A stretch of DNA of 61,583 bases, the filler included, from Sphacelaria rigidula (Eukaryota), in assembly GCA_964200075.2 (NCBI GenBank). It is 8 parts of 8 records of this genome, joined end to end, with 100 filler letters (N's around TTAATTAATTAA, not from the genome) between each part and the next. Parts side by side here need not be neighbours in the genome. Positions count along the whole stretch, not along the records: positions 23,134 to 30,743 come from CAXNAA020014098.1; positions 30,844 to 38,453 come from CAXNAA020014099.1; positions 38,554 to 46,163 come from CAXNAA020014100.1; 5 more parts are not named here. One strand, 5' to 3'. This document shows, in pieces, positions 26,583-39,521 of the stretch (position 1 is the stretch's first letter; each line of letters begins with the position of its first letter). The notes below the pieces were generated by a model. It made no database searches. It had not been told where the DNA came from and worked only from the letters and a program-made list of their open reading frames with translations. The translations under genes were made by a program, and so were the position numbers.

Positions 26583-27837
26583 ATTCCAAGGGAGACTTTG
26601 ACGCGAACGATGCTGCCTGCCTTGGATACCATGTCAACGCAACTGGTGTACAATGTGGTGTTGTATACAGAGCGCGACAGGTTTTGAACTCTTACTTGGA
26701 GCGAGGCCCGGCGTCTTGTACTGTATTCTCTCTGATTTCAACAGAAATATTCAAATCCAATTTCTACTGTCCGAATATATGCAAGACGCCGAATGCTCAA
26801 TTTTCGAAATCTAATATCGCACAGGTGGTAGGAGAGGGGGTAATCCAAGGGACCTCCTCTTGTCCTCTGTCAACAGGGCCCGCAGGCACAGCACTGTACC
26901 GTGCGCCAGCAATAGACAGTCGATCATCAAAACTGAGGATACAGTTTTTTGTTGATTGGATCACCTAAATTCCGCGAAATTGTTGCTGTATCTAGGACCC
27001 CAACATTTGTAGCAGTTGTCAACAGCTACTAGTGGGTGAAAAATGGAGAGTGTTGAACAGTTTTGTTTCGAAAGACAAAATCGGAACAAATACAGCACAG
27101 TACTGTACGCTTTTTTCAGATGATTATCCATGGGATGTCTCAGTAGATATCAGTCGAGGACCATCGTTGTTTGCCAGTTTAAGAGGGGGCAGATTGCTTG
27201 GGGGCCTGCTGTTGCCGTGGTCGCGGATTCTTACCTGCCGACCCTCTTGTACTTTCCGATTTCGAATTTTTATTTTCCCCTTGAGTCATCAAGCACGAAT
27301 ACCCCCCGGTAAATTCTAGAAAAATATTACAAAACGAGCGTGAGATTTTGAACTATGAAATCCTCAACATGTGTCGAGCTCTCCTCGTTACAGTACATGC
27401 GATCTGGGGCAGCAACGGGTGTAAGTCCAACTGACGATGACATTCTCGTGTCGGATAATTCGTGAAAACATGTTTTTTGTGTATTGTACGGCAGGATGAC
27501 CCATCTGGATCGCCCAAGGAATACTTCGCGGGAGATGAAAACCCCGACCACCGCGACACACTTTCCTCACCAGTTTGCCCCAATCTACGGATGAAGGAAT
27601 TTCATGGCGAGAAACACCAGCTCTCCCATGGATTTGAAATACATTACATGAATCCATCCGAACAGATCTTATTATACTTGTATGGCTCACGATCATGAAT
27701 CGCAATTTTTTGCAAAATCGGTCATAATGTCGAGGTTGACCTTGGGCTTCCCTATTCGCTTACTTTCAGCAGGCGACAACGTCGAGTGTGATATTCGAAC
27801 TTGTATGGTCAAAAAAACACTATTCTCTACACCCGCC

Positions 27838-28160
27838 CATGTGTGTTCTTATTATCCCATCTATTATTCTGGAAGCCAGTTTATAAATTTGGGTGTATGT
27901 GGGCGCATCAGCCGGGCCGGGTCATACTGGAGGAAGGCCGATACAGAGTTTTTTACACTATATTATGTCTAGTACACCTTCCTTCTGCGGTGTTTGCCTT
28001 AATTTCTATCGCGAGGAGGGTTGAGCGGTTCCTTTCCCTCGTTGACCATGAACTCGAATCATGCGTACCCACGACTTGGTCGCTCTCCACAGTTAGTTGG
28101 GCACGATGTGAAAAAATGAAGTCCAGATTGTGTGACTTCATCGAGATTCGAACCCACGTC
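27838..28160 (-). mobile_element. SINE family 1 copy
   Basis: Shares CCTTCCTTCTGCGGTG, TTTCCCTCGTTGACC and GTACCCACGAC blocks with the other copies. B-box GGTTCGAATC on the minus strand at about 28145-28154. Confidence 0.75.
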
Positions 28161-29784
28161 AATGTACTCGACAATCAGTTTCCAGAAATGGGTATGCATA
28201 TGGGAGGTCCTCGTTCTTTACCAGATGATGCCATCTCCGTCTTGGGTGCGCAAAAATCCACAGGAGCCAACAACTTCGTCCACTTCTTTATCCTCGCGCG
28301 AATTTTTTCTCGCCGCCACCCTCGGCCATTCATCTGATCTGCGATGATACGCGCTCTGAGACTGCAGCACGTGCAAACCCTCCGCGTCCCATTCAAGCAC
28401 CAACAGCTCCTGCTACTACCGCGAGCCTGGACCAACAGTTCCACAAAACCGCACGTCGCATCCCACGACGACGAGTTCAAAGTTTCGCACGCGAAAATCC
28501 CTCTAAGCGCCGTAATCGTCGCGCACCACAATCCGGCCCCTTCCACGGCGTCACCAACAATATTCCCTTTACCGGATGGACCATACGCCCCCGCGATTCT
28601 GATTCTGATATGGATATTGATGTTGGCTTCTCTGCCCTGTCACCTATCCCACCAATGCCTTCTCCACCATGTTCGGTCGGCTCCTCACCGGAAGGCCTGG
28701 GTGTGCACCTTTGAGTTATCTTGTTAACTCGCCCGGCCAGAATATGCACGGCTGAGTCATCTTCTATTTCTCACCAAAACGGAATATGCACCAGTGAGTA
28801 ATGTCACTATAACTGATAACTCACAGGTGAGTTTTGGGGGAAAATAGTGAACTCGAGTAAACCTGAGTTGAGTTGCCCGACGTGTGAATATATTCCCGGG
28901 GTTGGAGAGACCGGATTTTAGTACCTCTTCAACAAGCACGTTTTTTTTTCTCATTTTTTCATGTTGTGGTGCCAAGCACGTTGTATTCACGAGTGAGTAG
29001 TATAGCGAGTACAACAGAGGAAGAAGGTGTTGGCTACGTACGAGGCTCACTTCAAGATCTTGTGGAATACGCTGTCTGAGTCAAGAAATTTCGAATGAAG
29101 TAGACACCTGACTCATTGGGCTATGTGAACCGACGAAGTCCCAACGTTGAGCCCAATGTGAAAGGGGATCATGTTCCCTCAGTAGGCGGCAATAATGTGT
29201 ATCTGACATACTCGAAGAGCCCTTACTCTGAGTTTCACTCGATAGGTATATGCACCTTTTGATGAGACAAAAAACACAATTTCGCTTAGTAGCTTGGTTA
29301 ATCCTCGTGCGCTGCTCTCTCTCGCATTCACCAAAAGGCGGGTAGCGATTCCAAGGAGAAGGTCTCAGCTGAGGAGTGAGAAAGTAGGGTTCAGCTATAT
29401 ATATTACTCTGGTATACAGCTAATCGTTACCACCTCGGGGCTAGGGATCACGGGTACCAGACAGCCGGAAGCGTTGGGAATACGCCGAGTTGGTGCCTTG
29501 GAACTCGCGGCTCCGTCTATTATATTATTGCTTTTCGGAGAAAATCCGTTAAAAATCCGAATATGAGCACATTCACTGAGCGTAAACCTCCCGAGGCGAG
29601 AAGAAAACATCGAAGGTTAGGATGACGTCCGAATCTCTAGATAGTACGTAAGTTTATATCCAGAGCGATCTTAGTATGAATGTAAATATCGTCACCCGGA
29701 GCTTAAATTAAATAATATATATCCAAAGGCAGGTCAGGCAGGGTATGTGTTCCCGAGTATGTTGGGAACGCTCCAAGGGTAGGT

Positions 29785-30661
29785 CGAGTAGAGTATACTC
29801 AATACTCAGTATTTTTGAAGAGTCATACTCTTAGTACTCGAAATTTGAGTAGAGTATTTGAGGCCGTACTCTTCGCACTCAAAATTTTAGTAGGGTATTT
29901 GAGGCCGTACTCGACCTACTCAAAACTTGAGTAGAGTATCGGAGGCCGGGTCCGATGTACCAAAACCTATCACTTCAACGTTTTCCTTCCTCTGATGACT
30001 GTTGCGATGTTTTCCCGCCTTGCACTGCTTCCACCGCTGACTCACTCTCCCATGGAGGAGTCACATATGTGGCCAGCAGAGTCGCTCATTTTGATTATAC
30101 CTACTCGACTACTCGTCTATTCGATTACTCCATAATGGTGAGTAGCGCTCTGTACTGAAAGTAATATCCAAGGCGTTGCGAGGTATCGAGTATGAACTGC
30201 CGTGGGTGGGGGCTGGTGAGATGGGGCGCTGGGGCAGGTACAACAGTAGGTTCATTCACCTGCACGCTTCATTGATTTTTTTACGGCCACCGTTCGCCCA
30301 TGCATTCAACATAATCTGTGGAGTAACGTCACGGAGTCCCCGACGGTCAGGGGTACTCACCATACCGAAGGGGTACTCTATACTCAAGTATTACTGAGAG
30401 TGCTTACTCAATATTTGAGTAGAGTATTTGATGTCGTACTGGGTCTACTCAAAAATTAAGTAGAGTATTTGAGGCCGTACTCGACGTACTCAAAAAATGA
30501 GTAGAGTATTTGAGATCATACTCATTGTACTTGAATTTTGAGTAGAGTATTTGAGGCCGTACTCAACTTAATAAATTTTTGAGTAGAGTATTGAGGTCAT
30601 ACTACTCAAGTGATACTCTATACTCGAGTATTGCTGAGAGTGCTTACTCAATATTTGAGTA
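29785..30661 (+). repeat. Two arrays of a 41-bp minisatellite (GAGTAGAGTATTTGAGGCCGTACTCGACCTACTCAAAATTT consensus)
   Basis: Unit starts at 29847, 29888, 29929 and at 30417, 30458, 30499, 30540, 30581, an exact 41-bp spacing. The second array is bracketed by a direct repeat of about 47 bp (30374-30421, 30614-30661). Confidence 0.9.
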
Positions 30662-30843
30662 AAAAAGCATTTAACAGCCGATTTTATATTTTGGGGTTCA
30701 TACAAAATATGGGGCTGAAGTGGCATCTCTGTCTTGCACGGAANNNNNNNNNNNNNNNNNNNNNNNNNNNNNNNNNNNNNNNNNNNNTTAATTAATTAAN
30801 NNNNNNNNNNNNNNNNNNNNNNNNNNNNNNNNNNNNNNNNNNN

Positions 30844-32417
30844 ATCGGCCATCTTCGACGCAACAATCGCTTCCCGCTCCCAGCAAAGGGCCCCAAAATA
30901 CAGATCTTACCGCTGCAAGCAACCATGCAGGCCGTGCAGAATATCGTGACCACGGATCTTCCATCGGCCACTTTGGCCGAAGGAATCACTTCCCTCTCCC
31001 AGCAAAGGGCCCCGAGATACAGATCTTACCGTTGCGAACAACCGCGGCACCCCACTCAATGAGTTGGCATGGATCTTCCATTCCCCTCTCAACACAGCAC
31101 ATATCACACACTGCGCGCACCCCAGGCACATGGCAAAGCGCAGAATTGGCGTAGAGACGTTTTCGTTCCGCGGTCAACTTGTTCTCTCTTTCAAGCAATC
31201 AGGCCTCAGACATCGTAGGTATACATGATCATTTGCACCCGAATTATTTTCGGGAAGGGATACAGCAGTAGTTAATATTCGCTACACGTACAAAAGGACA
31301 TGCGTGCGTTGTTTGTCCGCGAGCCGTATGCAGGCGCACGACTCCCGTCGGAAGCACTCTGCCTCCTTCTGCATGATATTAGTACATATCCGTATATTGT
31401 TATCGATGTTTTCATTCCATGCCACCCGAACAGTATTCTCTAGGTATTTCGTACTCGACAACAATGTCAGTCCCAGTCCTGCGAACCCAACATGCTTCAT
31501 GGTTCTGTCCAGAACCCACCGTACTTCTTGATTCTGTCCATAGGAAACTTCTAGCCACGCGAAACATTCCTCGGGTTGTCGGCTACACCGATGTCTGCAA
31601 GCCTTGTTGGAGTTACGGTAATATGTGTAGCTCCGAGGTCAAGGGTGTCGCACCCAATACCATCATCACATTCTATCTGCTTTACTGAGTTCTGGGCTAT
31701 CGTTTTCTCCAAGGCGAGGTGCGAGGCTACTCCCTCGCCTCCCGCCTCACTCCGGTGTTCATATACACTTCACTGTCAACCTATCCCCGGCGCTGTCTGC
31801 GGAGAAACGAGGGCTCATAAACCTCCGGCGGTCACCTATCGTGGACAATCCTCAACAAAGGGGCCATCATATAGAGAGAACAGTAGTAGTAAAAAGAGAC
31901 CTGCTGTTGTCACAGCAAGCACTGCAGTCTATAATAAATACCTCTCTAGAAATATACAGCTACGTATAACGAAGCGTTTTACACACATCACTTCTTAATG
32001 ATACTCTACATAGCACCGTGGACAGCAGTAGTAGTACTATCGCAGCAGGACACACGACGCTGTACCGTAAATGCCCCGTGGACATCACTCCTCCTTACTA
32101 CATTCGATGTTGTGTACAGCAAGCTGTGTACAGCAGGCAGCGGGTGCAGTATGTGATATGTGCTGTGTTGAGAGGGGGATGGAAGATCCGTGCCAACGGC
32201 ATTGAGTGGGGTGCCGCGGTTGTTCGCAACGGTAAGATCTGTATCTCGGGGCCCTTTGCTGGGAGGGGGAAGTGATTCCTTCGGCCAAAGTGGCCGATGG
32301 AAGATCCGTGGTCACAATATTCTGCACGGGCTGCACGGTTGTTTGCAGCGGTAAGATTTGTATTTTGGGGCCCTTTGCCGGGAGCGGGAAGCGATTGTTG
32401 CGTCGAAGATGGCCGAT
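30844..32417. mobile_element. Long inverted repeat (30844-31121 and 32143-32417) around a core of about 1 kb; probable long-TIR DNA transposon, left end cut by the fragment boundary
   Basis: The arms are near-identical (both give IPSAKVADGRSVVTIFCT...GKICILGPFAGSGKRLLRRRWP). Each arm contains an internal duplication of about 118 bp (CCCAGCAAAGGGCCCC...ATACAGATCTTACCG). Confidence 0.8.
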
Positions 32418-35400
32418 GGAAGAGACTGATTTCTCGTCACATATGGGTACAATTTTCAAAAACAAGGATATAATTTGGAGAAAAGTAGTCACAGCAGGGT
32501 ACACGGTGGCCGTCTACCGCCGCCGCCGGGTGAAAATGGTCGTTGGCCAATCATCTGCTCTCATTTCTCCTCCAAACAAAGAGCGTACCCAGGTTTGTCG
32601 CTAATGTTCCATGGTATACCCTACTGTGACGTTTGCCCAAGAGAAAATCTTGATTCGGAACAGAATCCGACATCTTTTCGCCCCGATACGCACGGACCCA
32701 CAACACAACCCCAGATTTAGCAATATGAGGTTGTTGCCTATAGTCTACATGACATGCGGACAAGGTTCCAGCGCCTAAAAGTACTGACGCGCGTGTACGG
32801 CCGTGCCTCCTGGATTGAGGATCTCTAAAGACAATACCAGAATTTGTACTGCACAGAATGTCGTAATCCACAATGGGTGCGAGCATAGATCGATGTTTGT
32901 TTCACGGCGCAGAAGCTGCGGAGTAGGTCATTACGTGGAAGTGAACCCACCCGCGTGTCAGAACATGCATCCAGCGATGTCTCGCGCAGTCTGGGCTGCA
33001 GAGACGCCGTTTTGAGGGTGTATGGACGGCATGACCCACAATCCATGTTCGCTCTGTTCACGGTGTGCACTACCCATCACGTGCCGCTGAAGAGCGTATA
33101 TGTTGTCTGTGTTGTGCTGTATCTACGTGCCAAGTTTGAAGCCGGGTAGTGGGAACACGGTGGAGGAATCCACGAACAATGTAACGCTCGAAAAGTGGAA
33201 ATTCGGTACTGAACGCTCGAAAAGATACATGAGGTGTGGTTACGCCGCATATCACAGATTCGGTGAGTTACCGCCGTCCTATTTCCACCGAAAGACCACC
33301 CGCCCAGTATGACGGCAACAACTGCGGGGTCCGCGAACGCGTCGGGTGCAGGGTGCGATGAAAGACACTCATTTTGTTTGTAGTGCTGATGGTGTGTGCA
33401 GCGAGAAGCACTGTGGGCTGGGGTATCGCGCAGATGCGATACCGCACCCCAGTGTAGGTGTGTGACCACGCCAAAATATTCTGTCGATGCCATGACCAAG
33501 GTCAGGTTCAACGAACGCCTTTTTTTCGTGTTTCTTTGTTGTACCACGGTAAATATATCTGCTTGGGCACCTATCGCGTGTAAGATGATGTCTCGATGCA
33601 AATCGCCTGTTTGCCCTCCCATGAGTAATTATCTCGCAGATGAGGTTTCGACGGAGGTTGATACGTCGGAACGATCGTATATCTTCGCTTATCCCGTTCC
33701 GCAGCGATTTTCCGTTCGAGTGTTATGTCACGGCGCTTGGCCCGAAATTGTTATCCCAGCAACAAGCGCCCGACTGAATAAAATGCATCTCAGCAGCAAG
33801 CGGCCAACTGAATAAAATGCATTAAGCACGAGAAAAATAAGAAGTTGTTTTCATAACAAAACATCGACCTTGCTTCCAACAAACAAAAACGAATTTGTTG
33901 TCAACAACTGTATCGTTTGTTATTGCAATTGCAACTTCGGCCGCGAACGAAAGTGTCGCGTCCACGAAACGCGAACGTGCTCGGGTCTGCATTTTTCTTG
34001 TTACGCGACCGTCCCTGTTCTGGAGAGTGCGGGTTCGGCCACAAAGTGTTGTGGGGGTTTTCAAGGCCCTTTACGATGGTGTTGAGGAATAACGCTTGTT
34101 ATTCCGAGGTGCCAACATCCGCCCAACCCTGCCGTCGGCTGAAAATCGACAGCAAAATGCCAAGAGCCAATCACACAAATCTTTGACGCATCATAAATGG
34201 CCTTGGCGGCAAGACTTAACGGTAGCACTTTCGACGCATTTTGTGAATCACAAAACATAATATTTCTCGGATATTGCAGTTCCGCAATAAGTAAAACACA
34301 AACATAGATAAACGCCGGCGAAAAACAGTAATGGCGTAAAATTTTCGAGGTGATACCAGCCCCCTTGTGGGCTGGGTCTTGACCGCATGCTTCGCCGAAA
34401 ATCACACCGAAGATGAAATGAAGCCCATTAAATCCCATGAAATGGCATCGCAGAATGTCACGTGAACGATACGGTTTTTTGGTGAAGGAGAATGCATGAC
34501 TCTCGCAATCTAGCGCCGGTTTTTCTGCTATTTCCAGGGAGTAACATATGGGAGGAGCCCGCACAAGTGACCGTATCCATTTCAAAACGCACCATCTCCG
34601 CACGAAGAACTCTTGCCCTCAACACTCAATACCTTGATGGTATGGACATTGTATCCTTCGCTGCGGCGGGAAGTTCAGGCCGCAAAACCGTGCGATCAAA
34701 TGCCGAGCGCCCACATCAAAACACACAATGCGCCGGCGTCGGTCGATACCCAACAATTCGTACGAATTTCTGTGGCGAAAAAGCCCAACACGACATCGCG
34801 ACCGTTGACCCCTCCACCGCCGCCGCGGCGGGCACATCTGAGATGTCGAGCGCACAATGTGAACGACAACCGACCCTTCCATGAGACATTACATCCTTCA
34901 GTTTACATGTTCTCCATCCACCCGCGATACAACCCGTGGCAGTCTCACAGTCTGGTTTCGCCGCTTTTCGTGCACCTGAGGCGAAATGTAGCGCGCACGC
35001 GAAGGAATAGACGCAGAGAGGATCAGCGAGCCACAGTCGTGTTCTCCTTTCGAGCCCGAGGGAGAGGGAGGTGGGGTGTTCCTCACGATAGCACCGGAAA
35101 TGGGGCGGCGTCGCCGCGCAGCATGACTGATCGACTTCAATCGGCGGTTGCACGCTCGCGCAACTCCCACGAAGTATGCTTTCCTAAAACTCACTCATCG
35201 ACAGCCACGTTCCAATACCATGTACGGCAGCCACATTGTGCCCCCCTCATGTTACAAACTCACAGATTGCAACACTTGACAGATTACAACGAATCATTCA
35301 CTGCAACCCACCGTAGCCCCATCCATCCAACACAATATCAAACAGAAAAAGAAATTTCCGGGATTGCGGGCGATGCACAGGCCTGCGCATTATAATAAAC

Positions 35401-36875
35401 GAGGGGGGACAGAGACGCATGACTATCGACGCGAACGTTCTTCGCCGAAGCTCTTGGTATCATACCTGCGCGTTGACCACTCTCTCACATATCGTTCATC
35501 TGGTCCAAGCACCATTCCAGTATGTCCTCGCCCGTGTCTCCGTGCGAATCAGATGATTCCTCCGATGATGTGCTGCTACAGCACCCGCAGTCGTCATCTG
35601 AGCTCGTCTCTGCTTCGTCGCTGCTATCACCCCCGGGATCCATCTCATTCGCCATCACCAACTACAACCCTTTGCCGACCGGTACGCTTTGCGCGTCGAC
35701 AGCAGGATCGCACCGCCCCCTGCACCCACACATTATGGGGTGACAATTCTTCCCGAGCTTCGCGCATTTGCAGTTGCCGCCACCTGCTGTCGGTGTTGGT
35801 GACGGCGGCGATGAAAAAATCGAGGGGGATCGGTCACGGCGATGGCGGCGAGATAATGGAGCGTGCGGTGCACGATGCATTACGGTGGTTCTTCATATTG
35901 CCCTTCCTCTCTGAACACTGCCCACACAGGCAACATTGATTGGCTAATTAGCTCACATTAGCTGATTGCAGGAGCAGCAAAAATAGAACAGGATAACAAA
36001 AAAGAAAAAAGAAAGAAAGGAACGGAAAAGGACAGAATCCACGGCCTCAGAAAGGAAATATAGGGGGCAGCGATACAACGAAAAACAACACCACCACCGA
36101 CCACAACAAACAGCAAAAGCAATGACAATAAAATAACGACAGGCACATACACAAACATGGGCTTAGGTCATCGTTGACGGTGTTACAAAACATATAGCCG
36201 ATCGGCCGCGGAAGCTGCTAGTGCCTGTCATGTGGAATGGGGAACACGCGGGCTTCTACAGCGGTGTAGAGGATCACCGAGGAGTATCCGCCGCAAGGCG
36301 GAGAGCATGGAACAAAGAAGAGACTGTGAACTGTTATGTTTTCGTGGGATGAGACAAGTTGGGTATATCTTACCGGTGTCCTTGATCTGTGTGGTTGTTC
36401 TTCGTCAGAGAAGTGGTCTATTGCCGTGGTATCCCCGCGGCGCGTGTCCATGATCCCAGAGCTGCGACCAACACGGAGCAATAGCGAAGGTAGGCATGAC
36501 TGCGCGATCGAGGGCAACGGTCACCACCACGCATGTGGTGCCGATCCGTCTCTGCAGCTCAGCTGCTTACACACATGGGCAGTCACCGTGTTTGGTATCC
36601 GCCATAACGCACACATTCGCGACATAGGAACCAAGTCATCCATTAGGGGATAATAGAGGCGAGGTGTCTGTGCCCGAGAATACGAGCGTGACGATAACAT
36701 AGGACCTAAACCATTGTTCGTTAGTGGCGTGCTCCGCGCGGAGGGGGCGGGGCACCCCCGTTGAATATCAAACAGATAAATATACACAATTAGGTCTCCA
36801 CGAACAGGGTATTCAACCCCAATACAGCGCTTTTCCTATACACTTGCAGTGACTGTTCGGGTTGTCATGATGCTC

Positions 36876-37168
36876 CACGGGTGGCCACTGAGGTCTGTAA
36901 CCTGGCCATTTTGGGACCTTATCCATCTTTGGTGAAGTCAGCGGATTGGGTAGACAACTGAGGAGCATTCGCACAGCATGGACAGGATCGAGACAAAACA
37001 TGTCCCAGTCTATAGGCGGGTGACTCCCCTGTAGCCTGGAACATGTTTTGTTTCGAGCCTGTCCATGCTGTGCGAATGCTCTTCAGTTGTCCACCCAATC
37101 CGCGGACCTTACCAAATATGGATAAGATCCCAAAAAGGCCAGGTTACAGACCCCAGTGGCCACCCGTG
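36876..37168. mobile_element. 293-bp foldback element or hairpin, CAC...GTG ends, 2-bp TSD TC
   Basis: Arms of about 140 bp (36876-37020, 37025-37168), about 90% complementary by eye, with a loop of only a few nt. TC flanks both ends. Confidence 0.8.
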
Positions 37169-38391
37169 TCCTTATTTGTGTATATACTTTGTCGGGGCGT
37201 GCCACCGACGCCGTGAACTTCCGCCGTTGAGCGAATCACTCGTACTTTCTGGTGATATCTCAAGAGGGGGGGGGGGGTATGAGGAGTCGGCGAGGTACTT
37301 GCCCAGCGATGAAAGCTGGCAGAGTCGGTAAACCGCTGTGAATAAGTATCTGTGCCGTGGAGGAGTATGACGCCAACACTATAAGTCATCGTAAGTGTTG
37401 GGAAAGCACGGTCTTCGGGCTGGAGCGTCATTTTTGCAGTCAGCCTGATCTCTGCGATCGGCTGTTATTAAGACGGAGGTGTGGACACCCTGAGATAACG
37501 CCGCACTGCTTTATACTGCGTTCCCATCACCAGCACAGCCGGCATAAAGACATGGGCTTCACATATCATCTGACTGACTAACGAGGTGCGCGCCAGGGCA
37601 CCGGTGCTTGCGACGCCCGTTGCATACGTGCTTCAATAGTTCAACCTTACAGCTACCAGCAATCATGGTATACCTCTACAGACCGCACGGCACGGGCGCT
37701 GCAAATAGCACGGGCGAATCAGGGTGCAACGCGTGTTGCCGCCCTATGCCGACGGCGTCGGGGTGCCTGGTCTCTTTTCCTGCAGGTCAATAAACGTGCC
37801 CTGAAGGTGTCCATGTCCAGAACAGTGTACAGCATTGTAGCCAACAGCACGCGACGTAATCCCTTATTGTATACTGAAACTCGCAGACAGTATTTTGCGG
37901 TACAGTAACTGTAGCACAACACCTGCTGTACTCCACTCTAAATCAAATACAGCACAAAAAAATCATTTACATCAAATACAGTACAGCAAATACAGAAGCG
38001 AGCGGCGGTGCATTGCAATGTTTATATTGGAATTAATGAAGAAACTGCTGCAAATGTCAAACTTCACACGGTCTAACCTCACCACCAGGGGTGCCTGCGG
38101 ATGATCGTCTCGCGAACGTTGTGCACTCAATCATTTCACGCAATTATTTTCCCCATGGAATCTATACATGATGCGCAACAACGTCTACGTGCTGCAGACC
38201 CTGTTGGACCTGCGTGGTCGCCACACATCGACCTTACTTTCCCTCCGCAGGTTAGGGTGCACAGCAACAGTGTTCTCATCTCACGCAAGAAAAGTATGGA
38301 TCGGTTAGGCGAGCAAGGTACCCTAGTCGAAGGGTGCTTTGTGTAAGTAAGGCATCCTAGGATCCCGTACTATAGTTGACAACGGCTACCG

Positions 38392-38453
38392 GAGCCATCC
38401 TACGATAGGGGGGGGGGGTATTTTGGGCCATTTGTTGCTCGAAATTTCTAGTC
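38392..38453 (+). mobile_element. Left end of another copy of the 52973 MITE, truncated by the fragment end
   Basis: GAGCCATCCTACGATAGGGGGGGGGGGTATTTTGGGCCATTT matches 52973-53015. Confidence 0.7.
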
Positions 38454-39039
38454 NNNNNNNNNNNNNNNNNNNNNNNNNNNNNNNNNNNNNNNNNNNNTTA
38501 ATTAATTAANNNNNNNNNNNNNNNNNNNNNNNNNNNNNNNNNNNNNNNNNNNNTCTCATAATGAGGCGTCTGGCCCGGGGACGGGAGGGGAGGGTTCCAA
38601 AAGGGTTAAGGTGTCCTTATCCCGGGGAAGTGTCATTACGATTTAGGGGGCCATAACTCACCATCCCCGGGGTTAATGGAGGCGTGCTATGGGCCTTCAT
38701 CCCCCTAGCCGCGACCGCAAAAAGAGTGCATCCATCGACCGCACGGGCACTGGTGCACGGAGTTGATGAGACCCAGTATCGTGGACGTACGTTCTTCGCA
38801 CGGCTTTTTGCCAGGCGCAGATAGCGCCCCCGTAGATGTCAAGAATAGTTTCATTCTGTGCCCGCAGAAAAGCAGGTGCGGCAGCAGATGTCTCTCTTTG
38901 TGGGTGCTTTTCGCACACAGCAGATGGGTGTACGCTGACGTACGCATGCGGCGAGTTTTTCATTTTCCAGGGGGTTCCGCGGTTTGTACTGTTCACCCCC
39001 CCTGTACGGTGCTCCGCAGATTATAAACGCTTTTGAAAA

Positions 39040-39104
39040 AAAATGGTGTCGTTTAAGCGGGGAGTGTCGTTAATTTTGGTATCCGTGAAGCGGGGTCGAC
39101 TGTA
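39040..39104 (-). mobile_element. Terminal end of a Tc1/mariner-pogo-like element (TA|CAGTCGACCCCGC)
   Basis: The minus strand reads TA CAGTCGACCCCGCTTCACGG...TTAACGACACTCCCCGCTTAAACGACACC: a TA target, a CAGT start and repeated subterminal motifs. No partner end was found. Confidence 0.45.
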
Positions 39105-39330
39105 GTTGGGGTTTAGCTTCGACAGCGGAGTACTGAAGTCTATTCAAGTCCACATATGCCATAGTTCACTACTCGAATGAACTATATTACCGCTCCTGCA
39201 GTAAAGATCGCAGCCTTTGCGTTTTCAAGGGATTGAAAATTGAGGGCTTTTGCGCGAGACGATGGGAAGGGTACTTTTTCTGCTGCCTGAGAAAACGACG
39301 GAACGGGACGAAAGTTTTCAAAAATGCTCA

Positions 39331-39521
39331 GGCCGTTTCTTATCAAATTGTTCTTGATTGGAAATCGTGCGGTGGAATCGGATTCGCTCGTACCTGATAC
39401 GTCCACGCCATTCTTGTTCTCAACCATCTGAGAATGTAAATAACGTAGAATAATCAGATAGGAGCGAATTCGACTGGACCACACGTGTTCGACACGAAAA
39501 CAATTTTGGTAAGACGCGGCC
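39331..39521. mobile_element. PIF/Harbinger (Tourist-like) MITE, 191 bp
   Basis: TIR GGCCGTTTCTTATCAAATTGTT / AACAATTTTGGTAAGACGCGGCC. Perfect 3-bp TSD TCA at 39328-39330 and 39522-39524. Confidence 0.75.

Noticed and set aside
26137-26637. Antisense and alternative-frame ORFs over H1 exon 3 (and similar ones over H3)
   Set aside because: Shadows of the biased histone codon usage.
29785-30661. 41-bp palindromic repeats as a CRISPR array
   Set aside because: Units are contiguous tandem copies with no unique spacers of 25-45 bp, there are no cas genes, and the context is eukaryotic.
34613-35939. Long ORFs of 260 and 191 aa
   Set aside because: Arg/Ser/Pro-rich, non-ATG starts, no motifs and no splice structure identified; consistent with chance frames in GC-balanced DNA.
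38251-38342. Possible lone exon (ccgcag|VRVHSNSVLISRKKSMDRLGEQGTLVEGCF|gtaagt)
   Set aside because: Splice signals are good, but there are no partner exons or recognisable protein, so it cannot be supported.
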